This document shows positions 11,862 through 22,900 of a stretch of 64,000 bases of DNA, piece by piece. The DNA is from Eukaryota sp. TZLM1-RC. Lineage: Eukaryota > Protista > Metamonada: BaSk clade. The position numbers were made by a program, and so were the translations under genes. The notes under the pieces were generated by a model. The model worked only from the letters and a program-made list of their open reading frames with translations. It was not told where the DNA came from and did not search any database. Position 1 is the stretch's first letter. Each line of letters opens with the position of its first letter. Where the stretch lies: the NCBI GenBank assembly GCA_040285825.1, contig JAUPSS010000003.1, forward strand, positions 1,674,001 to 1,738,000. The letters are read 5' to 3'.

Positions 11862-13745
11862 TGTTTTTTTATTCAACAAAAAATATGAAAACATAAAATA
11901 CACAATTAAAACTCCACATCCTCAAAACCTGCCTCCCCATCATCAAAACAATTAGTTGCCAAAGATTCGGAAGATTTCCCAAAAGAAGAAAGTGAATCAG
12001 AAATTAGTTTCACCATTCCCTTAAAAATAGAAAAGACAATCCTGTTTTGCCAGTAGACACGATTGAAAATTCTTCCAGTTCTTTCCTTTACAACTACAAC
12101 AAAATCCTCAAGGAAAGCCATAGCAGCCTTACGTAGAGATCCAAGCAAAGAAAAAACAAAGGGACATAAATTATTTTGGGCATGAGAATTTTCATTAATC
12201 GAGGAAATGGGTTTCGCATATTGAGCAATTTTATATTTTTCACCTGGAAGAAGAGGATTATTTACATCCGAGCTTATGAGATGTTCGTTAGAGGAATTAT
12301 AAGGGTCAATGTACATGGCGTCTAAAATAGTAAAACTATCATTTAAACCGGGAACAACTAGATCACCTCTTGTCAGACCCATAGAAGCTCTGTTGTAACG
12401 CGTACTATCAATATTGGGGTCATCAAGAATTAATTTTGATGACAGCGACTCTAAAAAGGAATCTACTCGATATGATTTGCACATTACATTAAATTGGTTC
12501 CTGATATTATTATTCACTTTGCTTCTAAATGTTATGAAATGTTTACAGTTCAAAAGATGAGTAAACAAAAGAGGTTTACCGCATTTACAAGTTGAATAAT
12601 TAGGCAAATTGGTTGGCCATAGAAAAAAACGAAAACGCATGTATAAAGGCCATTCACTGCTTTTAAAAAAAGTCCATAAACAGAGTGAATTTGAGTAACT
12701 AAAGCAGCAGCGGAACTATTACAAATGTCCTTTAAAAATTTTTAGAAAGCGGGATTTTAAGTTTTGGCCAAGCCAAGCCTTACTTCATAATCCAAGCTTT
12801 CATATAATTTAACCAAATGTACTGAAGCTTTATCAGGCAAAAACGTAATTTTGGGAGTGATCGGTTGGGAATATCTTGAACATTTTGAGGAAATAACTGA
12901 ATTCAGATATCACTAAACAAATCATCTAATTCAAAATACAGTTGATTTAAAAAAAAAATTTGATTCACCATGGATAACCTACATATCATAAGGAAAAACC
13001 TTTGGAAAAATACAAAAATACAATTTTTTCCACCTCCGAAAAGAGCTGCTGTACATAAAATCGAAAATTTAGTGAAAACAATTCCACCAAAATTCGCAGA
13101 TCAGAATACATGACTTCGAATTAAAAATTCATTTACTTTCAATACAGAAGAAACACATTGAACCCCAAGTTTGTTGAAATATATACAAAAATTAAGATAT
13201 ACTGAAAAGGGAGTTGAATTTAAAATATGAGAAAAATATTCCAGAATAACAAATTTTTAAAATAAAAAATTTGATGTACTTTTCAATATCACCTTCAGCA
13301 ATAAAGCTAAGATCCTTGCCGAAATTTGTGAAAAATTATTGAACCGGGAATAATTTCATCCAAATTACCTAGCCAATATCCAAAAAAAACTTCCACGCTT
13401 GTTGGTCATAATTAATGAAGGGAATCTGAGCATCATCAATCAATAAGGATTGTTTTGATCTTCCAATCAAGACACATTTAGGCGGATTTAAGGCTAATCC
13501 AATATCTTTGTATCTATGCCTTCAGAAACCCTACGAATTGTCCCAAAAGAACATAATAGAAATGTCAGCCATATAAACAACAATATGCAATGCAGGGATT
13601 TTTTTCGGGGTCATTTCAATAGTATTATGGATAGCCAAACAAAAAGGCAATGGAACAAGAGGACCATTTGTTTGCATGCTGTTGTTTGGACAATATGGAC
13701 AACGGTTCATCAATATGAACCAGGATCATCCTAGTTCACACCAAA
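11862..13745 (-). mobile_element. RLE retrotransposon family C, decayed, including part of the RT core
   Basis: PLPFCLAIH...YMADISI (degenerate RT YxDD region, 13531-13713); CKC..HLLNC knuckle, RGD..D..K..Y RLE motif and WQNRIVFS in 11906-12640. Confidence 0.88.
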
Positions 13746-14821
13746 CGATGATTTTACAGTAAGAAAATTAAAAATAACTTAGATGCCGTTAGGCAGAAAT
13801 ACCAATGACAAAAAGAAGAAGAAAAGCTTTGTTAATGAAAATACTTGTTCTTGAACAAGTGCCACGTAATCATGAGAATTCCTGATCTGTCGATCAGGTT
13901 AGTTTATCAGTAACAACAACATTAATTTCTAATGTTATGATTGTGTTAACTTTATCCGTTATACTATTGTACAATAGTTAATCTGATATAGGGATAATCG
14001 CAAACGGTGAACTACTGAAAACTGCCACTTGCAAAATTGTTCTTCAAAATAATCGAATTTTTGGCTTCAGAAACATTCACTGAGGAACTGTTGTGCTAAA
14101 AAACAAAACCATCGTCACAAAGAGTCAAACGAAATCAACCTTCTGAAGAGAGTGAGAAACCAGAGTTAACACCTCCTTCTCCTGAAATACTGACCCAATA
14201 CGAATTTGTTACACATGGTAACGCCAACCCTGAACTTGTGGACAATCGTGTCTGGCAGTACATGATTCGTCTTGGTAAGCCGGCATGGTACATCTCTAAC
14301 AAAATCATATGCCGACTAGTTTAACAATGGTTAATTGAAAATTGAAATCAATTACAAACATTTTTCTAACCAAATCGAAACATTAATATGAACTTCTGGA
14401 AGTGACAGATGGTATTATTTTACTTCCAGATGCGAATATATCGTGATGTACAATACTGCTGTGTATTCTCCCAGCAAATTTTAGACTATTTCCAGCACAT
14501 GATTTTTGACTTGAACGAGATATTAGGGCTTTCAGTAGAGTGTATAGTGCAAAATGGCCAGAAAAGTGGAAGAACATGACTTAGACATAGATGATCATCC
14601 TCCAGAGCTTGTCACTATTCGAGAACTGGAAAATATTTTAAGTCTTCTCTCCAAGGGTATTCTCAATCACAAATTTGATGAAATTGTTGCTGTTAATCAA
14701 GTGATGAGTATAGTGAATTTCTTTTAATATGTTGACTGTTAGCGAATCATCTCCAATTTCAATCCCTCTACCAGAATCCATCACAACAATTTTAAATAGG
14801 CTGTGGAACCGTATGAATAAT

Positions 14822-15895
14822 TCAACTAAAAAATTTATCTACAAGTTCAGGATGCATATCTGCTAAATGATCCCACACTTCACATTGAGAAAACAACCTA
14901 GAACACAGATTGCAGCGCCTTTTACGTTTTGGACACTTCTTAAAATGAATAGTAAAATCCCCTCTGGTAGTATTGTAATGGCAAAGTGAGCAGGTAGCAG
15001 CAAGCCCAGCAACCAATCTCCTTATGGGATGGTTGGGAAAAGAATTGAAAGAGGAGCGACAAGATGGACATTTGTCAACCACTACACAATCTTGGCAAAA
15101 GAGAGAGTGACAACAACTTGCTTCAATGGCATCTTGGAGAACTTCTAAGCAAATTGGACATCGAAGATCATCACTACAGGTCACTTCAACCATGAATTTC
15201 TGGTAGTTCTCATCACTTGACTTTCCCCGAATCACTACATCCCCATAATTAGGGACAACATCGCGAGAATTGGGGTTGGGGTTAAAGGCTTCTGTAACTT
15301 CATCAATCCCACTAACTTCACCTTTGGCAATCTTGCCCAAAAAACAAAAGAAACCTGCGAAGGAAACCTTACTGATGTCTTGACCTTCACTGAAGTGGTC
15401 CCAACATTGTTTAATCTTGTCACCAGAAACCCTGGACCTGAACATTTGAAGCAAGGGCAGCACAGACTGTCTAGAAGCAGGACCTTGAATTCCAAGTTTA
15501 TCAAAAGAAGAAGCGGCAAATACGACAGCATCTGGCGTAGGATAGATGCATGTAGAAGGAATGTCATGAGAAGGGGGAGTGGAGACAGAAATGGAGGAGA
15601 AAGTGGGTGGGGTATAGTGGGAGAGAGAATCAATTTGGGAGTGTGTAGGAATGGATTGAGGAGATGTCTGAAGAAGAGATATAGCACGAAAGAGGATAAC
15701 GGCATCGGAAAATGTTATGTCGGAAGGGCTGAGGAAGAGTGCTGATATGCAGGTTTTGAGAGCGCTATTGGGAACCGATGAGCTCGATAATGCTTGATGA
15801 AACAAACTACGAGGAACGTCTTTACCTATGGGTCCCTGGTTGAAAGAAGACAGGACATCATAAGTGTACAAAAGCTCGACCAAAGTAAAGGTCAT
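14822..15895 (-). CDS. Probable E3 ligase: two divergent EH/EF-hand-like domains + RING + TRAF-type zinc finger
   Basis: CPIC..CCHSLFCQDC..CPSC RING followed by CSLC..H..C..CNLC..H..H. N-terminal repeats resemble EH (SSSVPNSALKT; SRVSGDKIKQCWD). Confidence 0.7.
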   Translation of the reverse strand: MTFTLVELLYTYDVLSSFNQGPIGKDVPRSLFHQALSSSSVPNSALKTCISALFLSPSDITFSDAVILFRAISLLQTSPQSIPTHSQIDSLSHYTPPTFSSISVSTPPSHDIPSTCIYPTPDAVVFAASSFDKLGIQGPASRQSVLPLLQMFRSRVSGDKIKQCWDHFSEGQDISKVSFAGFFCFLGKIAKGEVSGIDEVTEAFNPNPNSRDVVPNYGDVVIRGKSSDENYQKFMVEVTCSDDLRCPICLEVLQDAIEASCCHSLFCQDCVVVDKCPSCRSSFNSFPNHPIRRLVAGLAATCSLCHYNTTRGDFTIHFKKCPKRKRRCNLCSRLFSQCEVWDHLADMHPELVDKFFS

Positions 15896-15961
15896 GGTTC
15901 AATTGTGTCAATAGGTTAATATTGTGTAGATTCATAAACACATATTTTATTCAAACAAAAT

Positions 15962-16054
15962 ATCGGATTTATTGAATTTGCACACTTGATTAAATTAAAT
16001 CATAACTAATGGGACGACTATCATTAAACCAAGATTTCCTCTACAAAATCTATA
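15962..16054 (-). mobile_element. Minimal 3'-end copy of family A with 11-bp TSD
   Basis: TCAAACAAAAT at 15951-15961 and 16055-16065 flanks the insert. Confidence 0.85.
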
Positions 16055-16250
16055 TCAAACAAAATTGAAATCAAAACTATAAATCAATCTCCTCAAACTC
16101 CACATCTACTATTCAAAACTTACCTACAGCATTTGCTTTATAAAATCTTCCTAGTAATAACAAAGAGCTAGAAACAAGCCTATGCATTCCTTTAAAAATA
16201 GAAACTACAATTCTGTTTTGCCAAAAGGTTCGGTCAAATATTTTTCCTAT
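16055..16250 (-). mobile_element. RLE retrotransposon 3' fragment (family C-like)
   Basis: Reverse strand encodes FDRTFWQNRIVVSIFKGM...DVEFEEIDL. Confidence 0.75.
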
Positions 16251-16260
16251 GTATTTTCAA

Positions 16261-16545
16261 GTGTCGTTGATTAATGAAGCTTTCAACTCAGCTAAAAGTC
16301 CTGTTTGTTTTGAAAAGGTTGCTACGTCTTTGAGAGTAACAAGTCCCTAATTTCATATGAGAGAAAAGACTCCTGTTACTACATGTCATGGTTTATTAGC
16401 TTGTAATAGTGAGAGTTGCAAACACAGTAACAAAGGCTGTGCAAAGCGATTCAATAGAAACAAGCTGGTTCGACTGAATATGTTTGCAATTAATGAAGCC
16501 AGAATGAGTGGTAATGAAAGGCCTCAGTATCTGTGTATTAGATAG
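16261..16545 (+). pseudogene. Fanzor1 C-terminal remnant
   Basis: VSLINEAFNSAKSPVC...SP*FHMREKTPVTTCHGLLAC..C..FNRNKLVRLNM..GNERPQYL: RuvC-II, zinc finger and degenerate RuvC-III. Confidence 0.8.
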
Positions 16546-16585
16546 TTTTTGTAATTATTCCGCAGCAAAATAGATCATGTATTTA

Positions 16586-16660
16586 TGGGAATTTCCGACC
16601 AAATTTTGGATTTGTGAAAATCAAGAGAATTCCTTTTTTGTAATTCCTTTTACAAGAGTC
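16586..16660 (+). ncRNA. Candidate omega-RNA scaffold remnant
   Basis: GGAATTT..AGAATTCC closing stem, GATTT-GTGA-AAATC GNRA hairpin and TTGTAA..TTACAA hairpin just downstream of the Fanzor stop. Confidence 0.4.
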
Positions 16661-16924
16661 AACAATGGGTTTTATACTGATGATTGTAAATAGTAAGTTA
16701 TTTTTTCAATAAAGTTTTGACAACACCAATGTTGCTTGAATTACTTTTTACGGAAGCCTTGAATGGAGAGATAGTGAATTATGAGTAACCATTGCATAAC
16801 ATCGAAACGATGCGTATATTACATCACTTCTTCAAAGAATACTTCCAACCTTGTATCTTTCAATTGTTTAAAAACAGCAATAGTCTCAGTAAAAATACAA
16901 TGTTTTATTAAATTAAGACAAAAA

Positions 16925-19900
16925 TTATATAATATTCAGCAATAAGCAACAACCGCTCAAAATCCAATGGGAGTCGTGATCAACAGTAGTTAAATCGGCT
17001 TCAAACACAAACCCAACCCCCATAGCATTCTTTCGCTCCTGAGTAACATATACTGGTGTTTTAAAAGAACTGAAAACTTTTAATCTAGATTGTTCAATGG
17101 GAATAATTTGTAAAATTGGTAATGGTGAAATCAATTTTCCTGGAATTTGAGGACATAAATGACCCTTTTCTAAATCCCAATGTGCACCTTCCAAATACAA
17201 TCCAGAAACATAACAACCATCTTCTAAAGCTTCAGGTACTTCATCAGCTGACGTATAAGATGTAACCCTTGTATACAACTTTGATTTATCGAGTGGCCAT
17301 CCGTATTTTCTACATGTTGTTTGAACCAAGGCTGAGATAAACGACTCAGGCACATGGAGACCCGCAAGCCAAACAACCTTGGGAACACCATCATGTACCC
17401 AAGAATGGTATTGTTCATAACGACTTTGGAGATGTTCCAGCCAATTAGCAAGGTTTTTCTCAGTAGCAGGAGCATGAACCTTCCAAATAGATGGCAAGGC
17501 CCCATTAAGTAACGAGTTTGCTAGTTCATCCAGTTCAGCGGACATGCCAATTTCGCCAGCGATACCACGTAGCAGGTTCGTCAAGGAGGTATCAATTTGG
17601 GAGACTAGGTTGTTGAAACGTTCTAATTCTTGAAGCAAAACAATAGACAAGGGAGGAACATCTTTGCCCAAAGCTTTGCGAATCTTGGGTACATCAAACT
17701 CTTCATTATTAGCCAGCTTTTCTTTAATACCCTTAGCTATTGATGCGACGTAATCTTCTCTTGAAGTTTCCTGACCACTTGCTTGAGTTCTGGGCTGCAG
17801 TTCAATCATTTGACGCCATAGCTCCCGAGCAGAGAGGGTGTAGAATTGAATTTCAGTATTGGGATGGAGACCGAACAGCTCTGGTGAATTAAACATTGGA
17901 ATTGAATTAATGTAATTGACAAAGGAAGAATAATTATGATCTTTTGGTATAGTATAAGCAAATGAATCATCAGCAAAGAAGCTAAAGGGCTGGAAGGTAT
18001 CAAACAGAAAATCTCCCATATACTCTTCCAAATAAGACAAAATTACCCTCCGATCCCAGTCATCTGAGCATCTTCCACCATAGAAAACTTCACCTACCAG
18101 ATAGCGAAGAGATTCCCAAGGAATCTGTTGTTCACCATTATCATATGCCTTGTTCAGGTAGGTTGAAAGCATTTCCATTGATGTCAGAAAATCTGATTCG
18201 TTAAAATCATAAGGTACGTTAAACCCAATCTTTCCATACTTTCTTCGTTCTTGAACCACAGCATGGAAGAAAGCCAGAACAAAGAGCAGCGGCTTGAATG
18301 CGGGATGTCTACACTGTTCTAATGAATCGGGAGAGAGACGCGCAAAGGTAGAGGTGAGATTCAATGCCAAAGAATTGGGTGGTTCAGTAACAACTTTCAA
18401 GGAACGCTGCAGGATGCCCATGGGGAATTTGTCAGAAGGTTCAGTGGTCAGCCAAAGTCTAAACTCAGCATGGAACTTTGGAATGGTCTGAATGGTAGCT
18501 TCTAACTCGCGAAGCCAGTCTCCCAGTAAATGGCAATTTTGCAGGACCACCCAATGCCCTCTGGAAGCCCCCATTGTGAGTAATTGGAGTGCAGGATCTT
18601 CTTGCCCTTGACCCAAAGAAAGCGATTTGTACTTTCCATTTTGAACAAATCCCAATTTTTTAGCAAGCTTTTCAATCTCAGAAGCAGGATCGGCACCAGG
18701 AGAAAGGATGAATACAATAGGAGAAAATGCAGTCGATTGTTTATAAACAGAATGATATTCAAGAACGGGAGGTTTGACATAGGTTTCGCCTAAATTCTCA
18801 ACAATGAATTTAGAAATTGCAATCATAATTCTATCTTGTCGAACACATCTTAAAACCATCAATAAGGAAAAAGAATCAACACTACCAAAAGGATCTGGTA
18901 AAGGAACTGACTCGGGCTGACCGTGCAACACCCATGATCTCCATTCATTAGGGTTTGATGTGACGTCATGTTGGATGGAAGAAAAAGCATCGAATTTAGC
19001 TAAAAACTCCAAATCTTTCCAGGCTTGAGGGTTGATAAAGTCTTTCACATTCTCAGGTAATGGAGATTCAGGATCGGAAAGTGATACGTTTCCAGTCAAA
19101 AAGAACTCCAGGTAACCATTTGGAAGTTTCCCATCATTTTTCAGAATCTTGTTGGTCATTTCAAATGAAAACAAAAGCTTATGGCTTCCAAATAGCCCCA
19201 AACAAGTATAAGTGTAAATATTACTCGTTAACGTATCGATAATATTCTCAATTCTGGTCAAAGTTCCTAATGCTGTTGGAGCTTGGGCTAATGATTCTCT
19301 AAAAACTTCCAAGAAGGCTTCCAAAGAATATTCATACATTGAGGAGATGATAGACATTGATGACATTACAAAGAACAGGATAGAGCCTCTTACGGCAACA
19401 GGCAAGTATATGGAACAAGCTTCAGAAATTTGGTCACTTGTGACTTTTGATTGTTCAAGTGATTGGGCAACAGCGATTGCGTTCTTTTTAGCTTCTTCCA
19501 AAGTTTGAATAAGATCAGTGTTTGAAAGAATATCTCCTTCAGAATTAACTAATTCGCGCAACAAAGAATCTTCTAATTCTTGCAGGGTAGACTTCATTTC
19601 AGACATTTCTATAACCAACTTGTTCCGCTGGGTTGATAAATCAGAACGTTCAAAAGCAATAACTTCGTTCAAAAGTTGTTCAGAGAGTCCCTTTTCAGTA
19701 ACAGTAAAGTTAATCAGTAGCACTTTGCCTTGCACTTCGGGGGAATAATGAGGATTTGAGAGTTTAGTGGTCATGTAGAGCTTAAAATCGGGGGAAACTG
19801 GCAGTACTTTGTCATTAAAATTAACAAATTCTTGGTTGTTTTGCTTAAAATAGTTTTGTTCAAGTAATGGATTAATTACTGGGTCAACGTATTCATCAAT

Positions 19901-22900
19901 ATTCTCAAACATAAAGGGAAAACCAAAATTAATAGCTTGTTCCAAATCTCTGATGAAATTAGGGTCAGAAAAGGAACTAATTTTGAGCTTATCCTCACGT
20001 GCTTTGATCCACTTGACCGCTTGCATCTGTGGATCAATTAACAAAGGCCATCGAGAGCCTCTTGTGGTTAGAATAGCATTTTGGACAGATAGCTCGTCCT
20101 TTGGTAATGATTCCTTGTTCCACTTGGTGACTTCAACATCGTCAGTTAAATGTTCTTCCAACTTGAAAGGTGTGGAAACTGGAATCTTGGCTTGTCTAAG
20201 GTCGTTTGTCCATCGTTCAAGTAAGTTTGATCTGAAATCAAAGTTAAAAGGACCAGAATAGGAAAGAAAAGCTGCAGTCAAAAGGCAATCGCCAATCAAA
20301 TTAACCCTATTTTCCTTTAATTCTTGGATTTTAACCCCCCAACGATCACGCTCACTTCCCAGTCCATCAATCAGTTTCTTTGCCGCATTTAGTTGTCGTT
20401 CTTGAAGGTCAGCAAGGTCTTTTAATTGCTTCTGTTCACCTCTTGCCTGAGAAAACTGTTCATCAAGTGAAGCCAATTGTGTCGACAATTCTTCTAATTG
20501 TTGTTTTGTTTTTTCTAAATCATTTGTAGCTTGTACTAGTGACTTTTCTGCTGCTTCTACTGCTTTTTTCCTTGGCTCAACGTCCTTATAAATCTTATGG
20601 TAATCAACCATACCATCAACCCACACAAAGAGTTTCCCAGCTGCATAAGAGACAGAACTGATAGCTTCTTCATTAAAGCCTGCCATTTTATAGTATTTGT
20701 TGACCTTTCGAACTTGTGAATCAAGCAGATTGTCCTTATCAATGTTGACCAAGTCGTAAAGGAAAGAAGGTCCCATCATAGCTTTAATTCCTTTCCAAGA
20801 GATATCTTTATGGTTCACCAGAAGCGCAACACATTCCATGACTGAGAGAACCACGGGGGGTGGAGCGGGCATTGATTTGATTTCTTGCAGGTCCTGCCTG
20901 GCAATACAGTCCAAAGCTTCAGCAGCAGCTGTTAGGGCGGGAATCGCCGCCTCAAGAGCCTGTTCCGCCTCTGCTTTATCGAGCGTGATTTTTTCAAAAG
21001 CAACTGCCAACTCGGCTGATTTAGTTTCTGTATGTTCTTTCTTAATGTTGGCTTCCTTTGTACCCTCTTCTATTTGGGCTAGTAAAGCATTGACTTCGGT
21101 TGTTTTGCTTTCAACTTCTTTTTTACTTACAACTAGCTGTCGCTGCAGCTTATCAACTTCCTCAGCAGCAGAAACCAGCCTTCCCAAACCAATTCCAAAC
21201 CTATCAATCATTTCATCTGATTGAGCACGTTTTTCTGATAGAAGCGACTTGTACTTGGAGAGGTAATCGAGGTAGTTCTTGGGAGTTACATACGCATACC
21301 GACGTAATGTTTCCTGAAACTTCTCACTAGCTTTAGTAACGGAACAATGTACAAAAACTGCATGGTTGACAATAGAAGGTAACAAATCTTCTTCTACATC
21401 AATAGTGTCAAAAAACACAGAGGCAACTGATTGAAGAGCATCACGTGGCCAGGGGGTAAACCAGTCAAGAACTGTGTTTGAAACTAACCCTGGGAAGTTT
21501 CTACAACGTTTTCTCAAAGTGTCACCTGCAGGAGACATCGCTAACACTATATGTAAATTATCCCTGCACTTATTAACAAAGTAATTCCAACAAGAATCTT
21601 TTGTATCAAGTAGTCCATGTAACCGAACCTCTCCCCTCACAGAATCGATCAGTTGAGCCTTCTCATCATCAGCATAGAGTGCAGGAACCATTCCTGTAGT
21701 GAGCATTGAGTTGAGAATGTCCAGGAAAGAATCATTGACAACGTGAGCGTCGGTGAAGAGAAATACCATTGACTTGTTTTCAATACCTAACTTGTAATAC
21801 AAAGTTTTAATATTCTCTCTAAACTCAGATTCACCATATCCTCTGCTTAAAGTAATAGAAAAAACTTCAAAGCCAACAATATAAGCGGCGAGCCTGGCTA
21901 AGGATTGTTTGCCAGAACCCCCCACACCAACAAGCAAACAATTACCCCTTGGAATCTTCAAAACTCTGATGATTCTGGTTAAATGTTCAAGAGCATCATT
22001 AAACATGACCAAGTTCATTTTAGAATCTCTGTTTTTAGAGCTGAAATCTTCTAGAACAGCTTCTATAATTGGTTTAATTGTGGAATAATCAGTCAAATCT
22101 TCATATAACTCAATTGCTTCTTCATCATCCAATCGTTTCAAAACTTCCTTAAAATCACCAAATATAACAGGATCGGCTGTGACCAAGGAACTATCGATAC
22201 CAGGAAGTTCTTCAACAAGTTCACTGATCTTGGAGTTGACCAGATTCTTATCATTTTCGTTGATTAAGCGGTCATGGAACACTCGGAGACATTCGTGGCG
22301 CCAGAGCCTTGCAAACTGGTTTGAATCAGAGAACTTATCAACTGTGGCTAAGCATATACCTTCAAAAACTCTAGACAAATCTCTTAAATTAAATACATAA
22401 TGGAATTTGGAAGGGGTAGCGGGAAGATTCTTCTCAATATGCTTGTAAAGAGAAAGGGTTTTCTCTGGTAAAAGTTTCCCAATTGATTGAATTCCTTCAG
22501 TAAATGGTTTTAAATATGAATTGAGAATAGAATTAAAAATATGTGACAATGCATTATCTGAAGGAAAAGTAATATTAAACACACTAAATAAGGAAACAAA
22601 TCTCGCATCAATGGGGTTTCTACCTGCACAAGGAGGTACCATCGCACAAACATAGCTTAAATCACGAATACTTTTCCAATTGAAAGGTTCTTCTCTATGG
22701 AAAAAACCTTGCTTCTCAATTAAAAGCTTCATTAAAGCAATAGATTGTTGGGTTCCGTAAATATCAATAGTAGGCATATTGACATCATCAACAAAGAATA
22801 ACAGCTTCTTTCCCTTTGGTGGTCCAAATACGGCAGCTGATCTCTTATCTACATTCTCTTCTATTAAAGACTGGACATCCATTGAAGAAGTTCGTGAAGA

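Noticed and set aside
13950-14780. Coding-like stretches between the retro element and the RING gene
   Set aside because: Interrupted by stops, and no family recognised.
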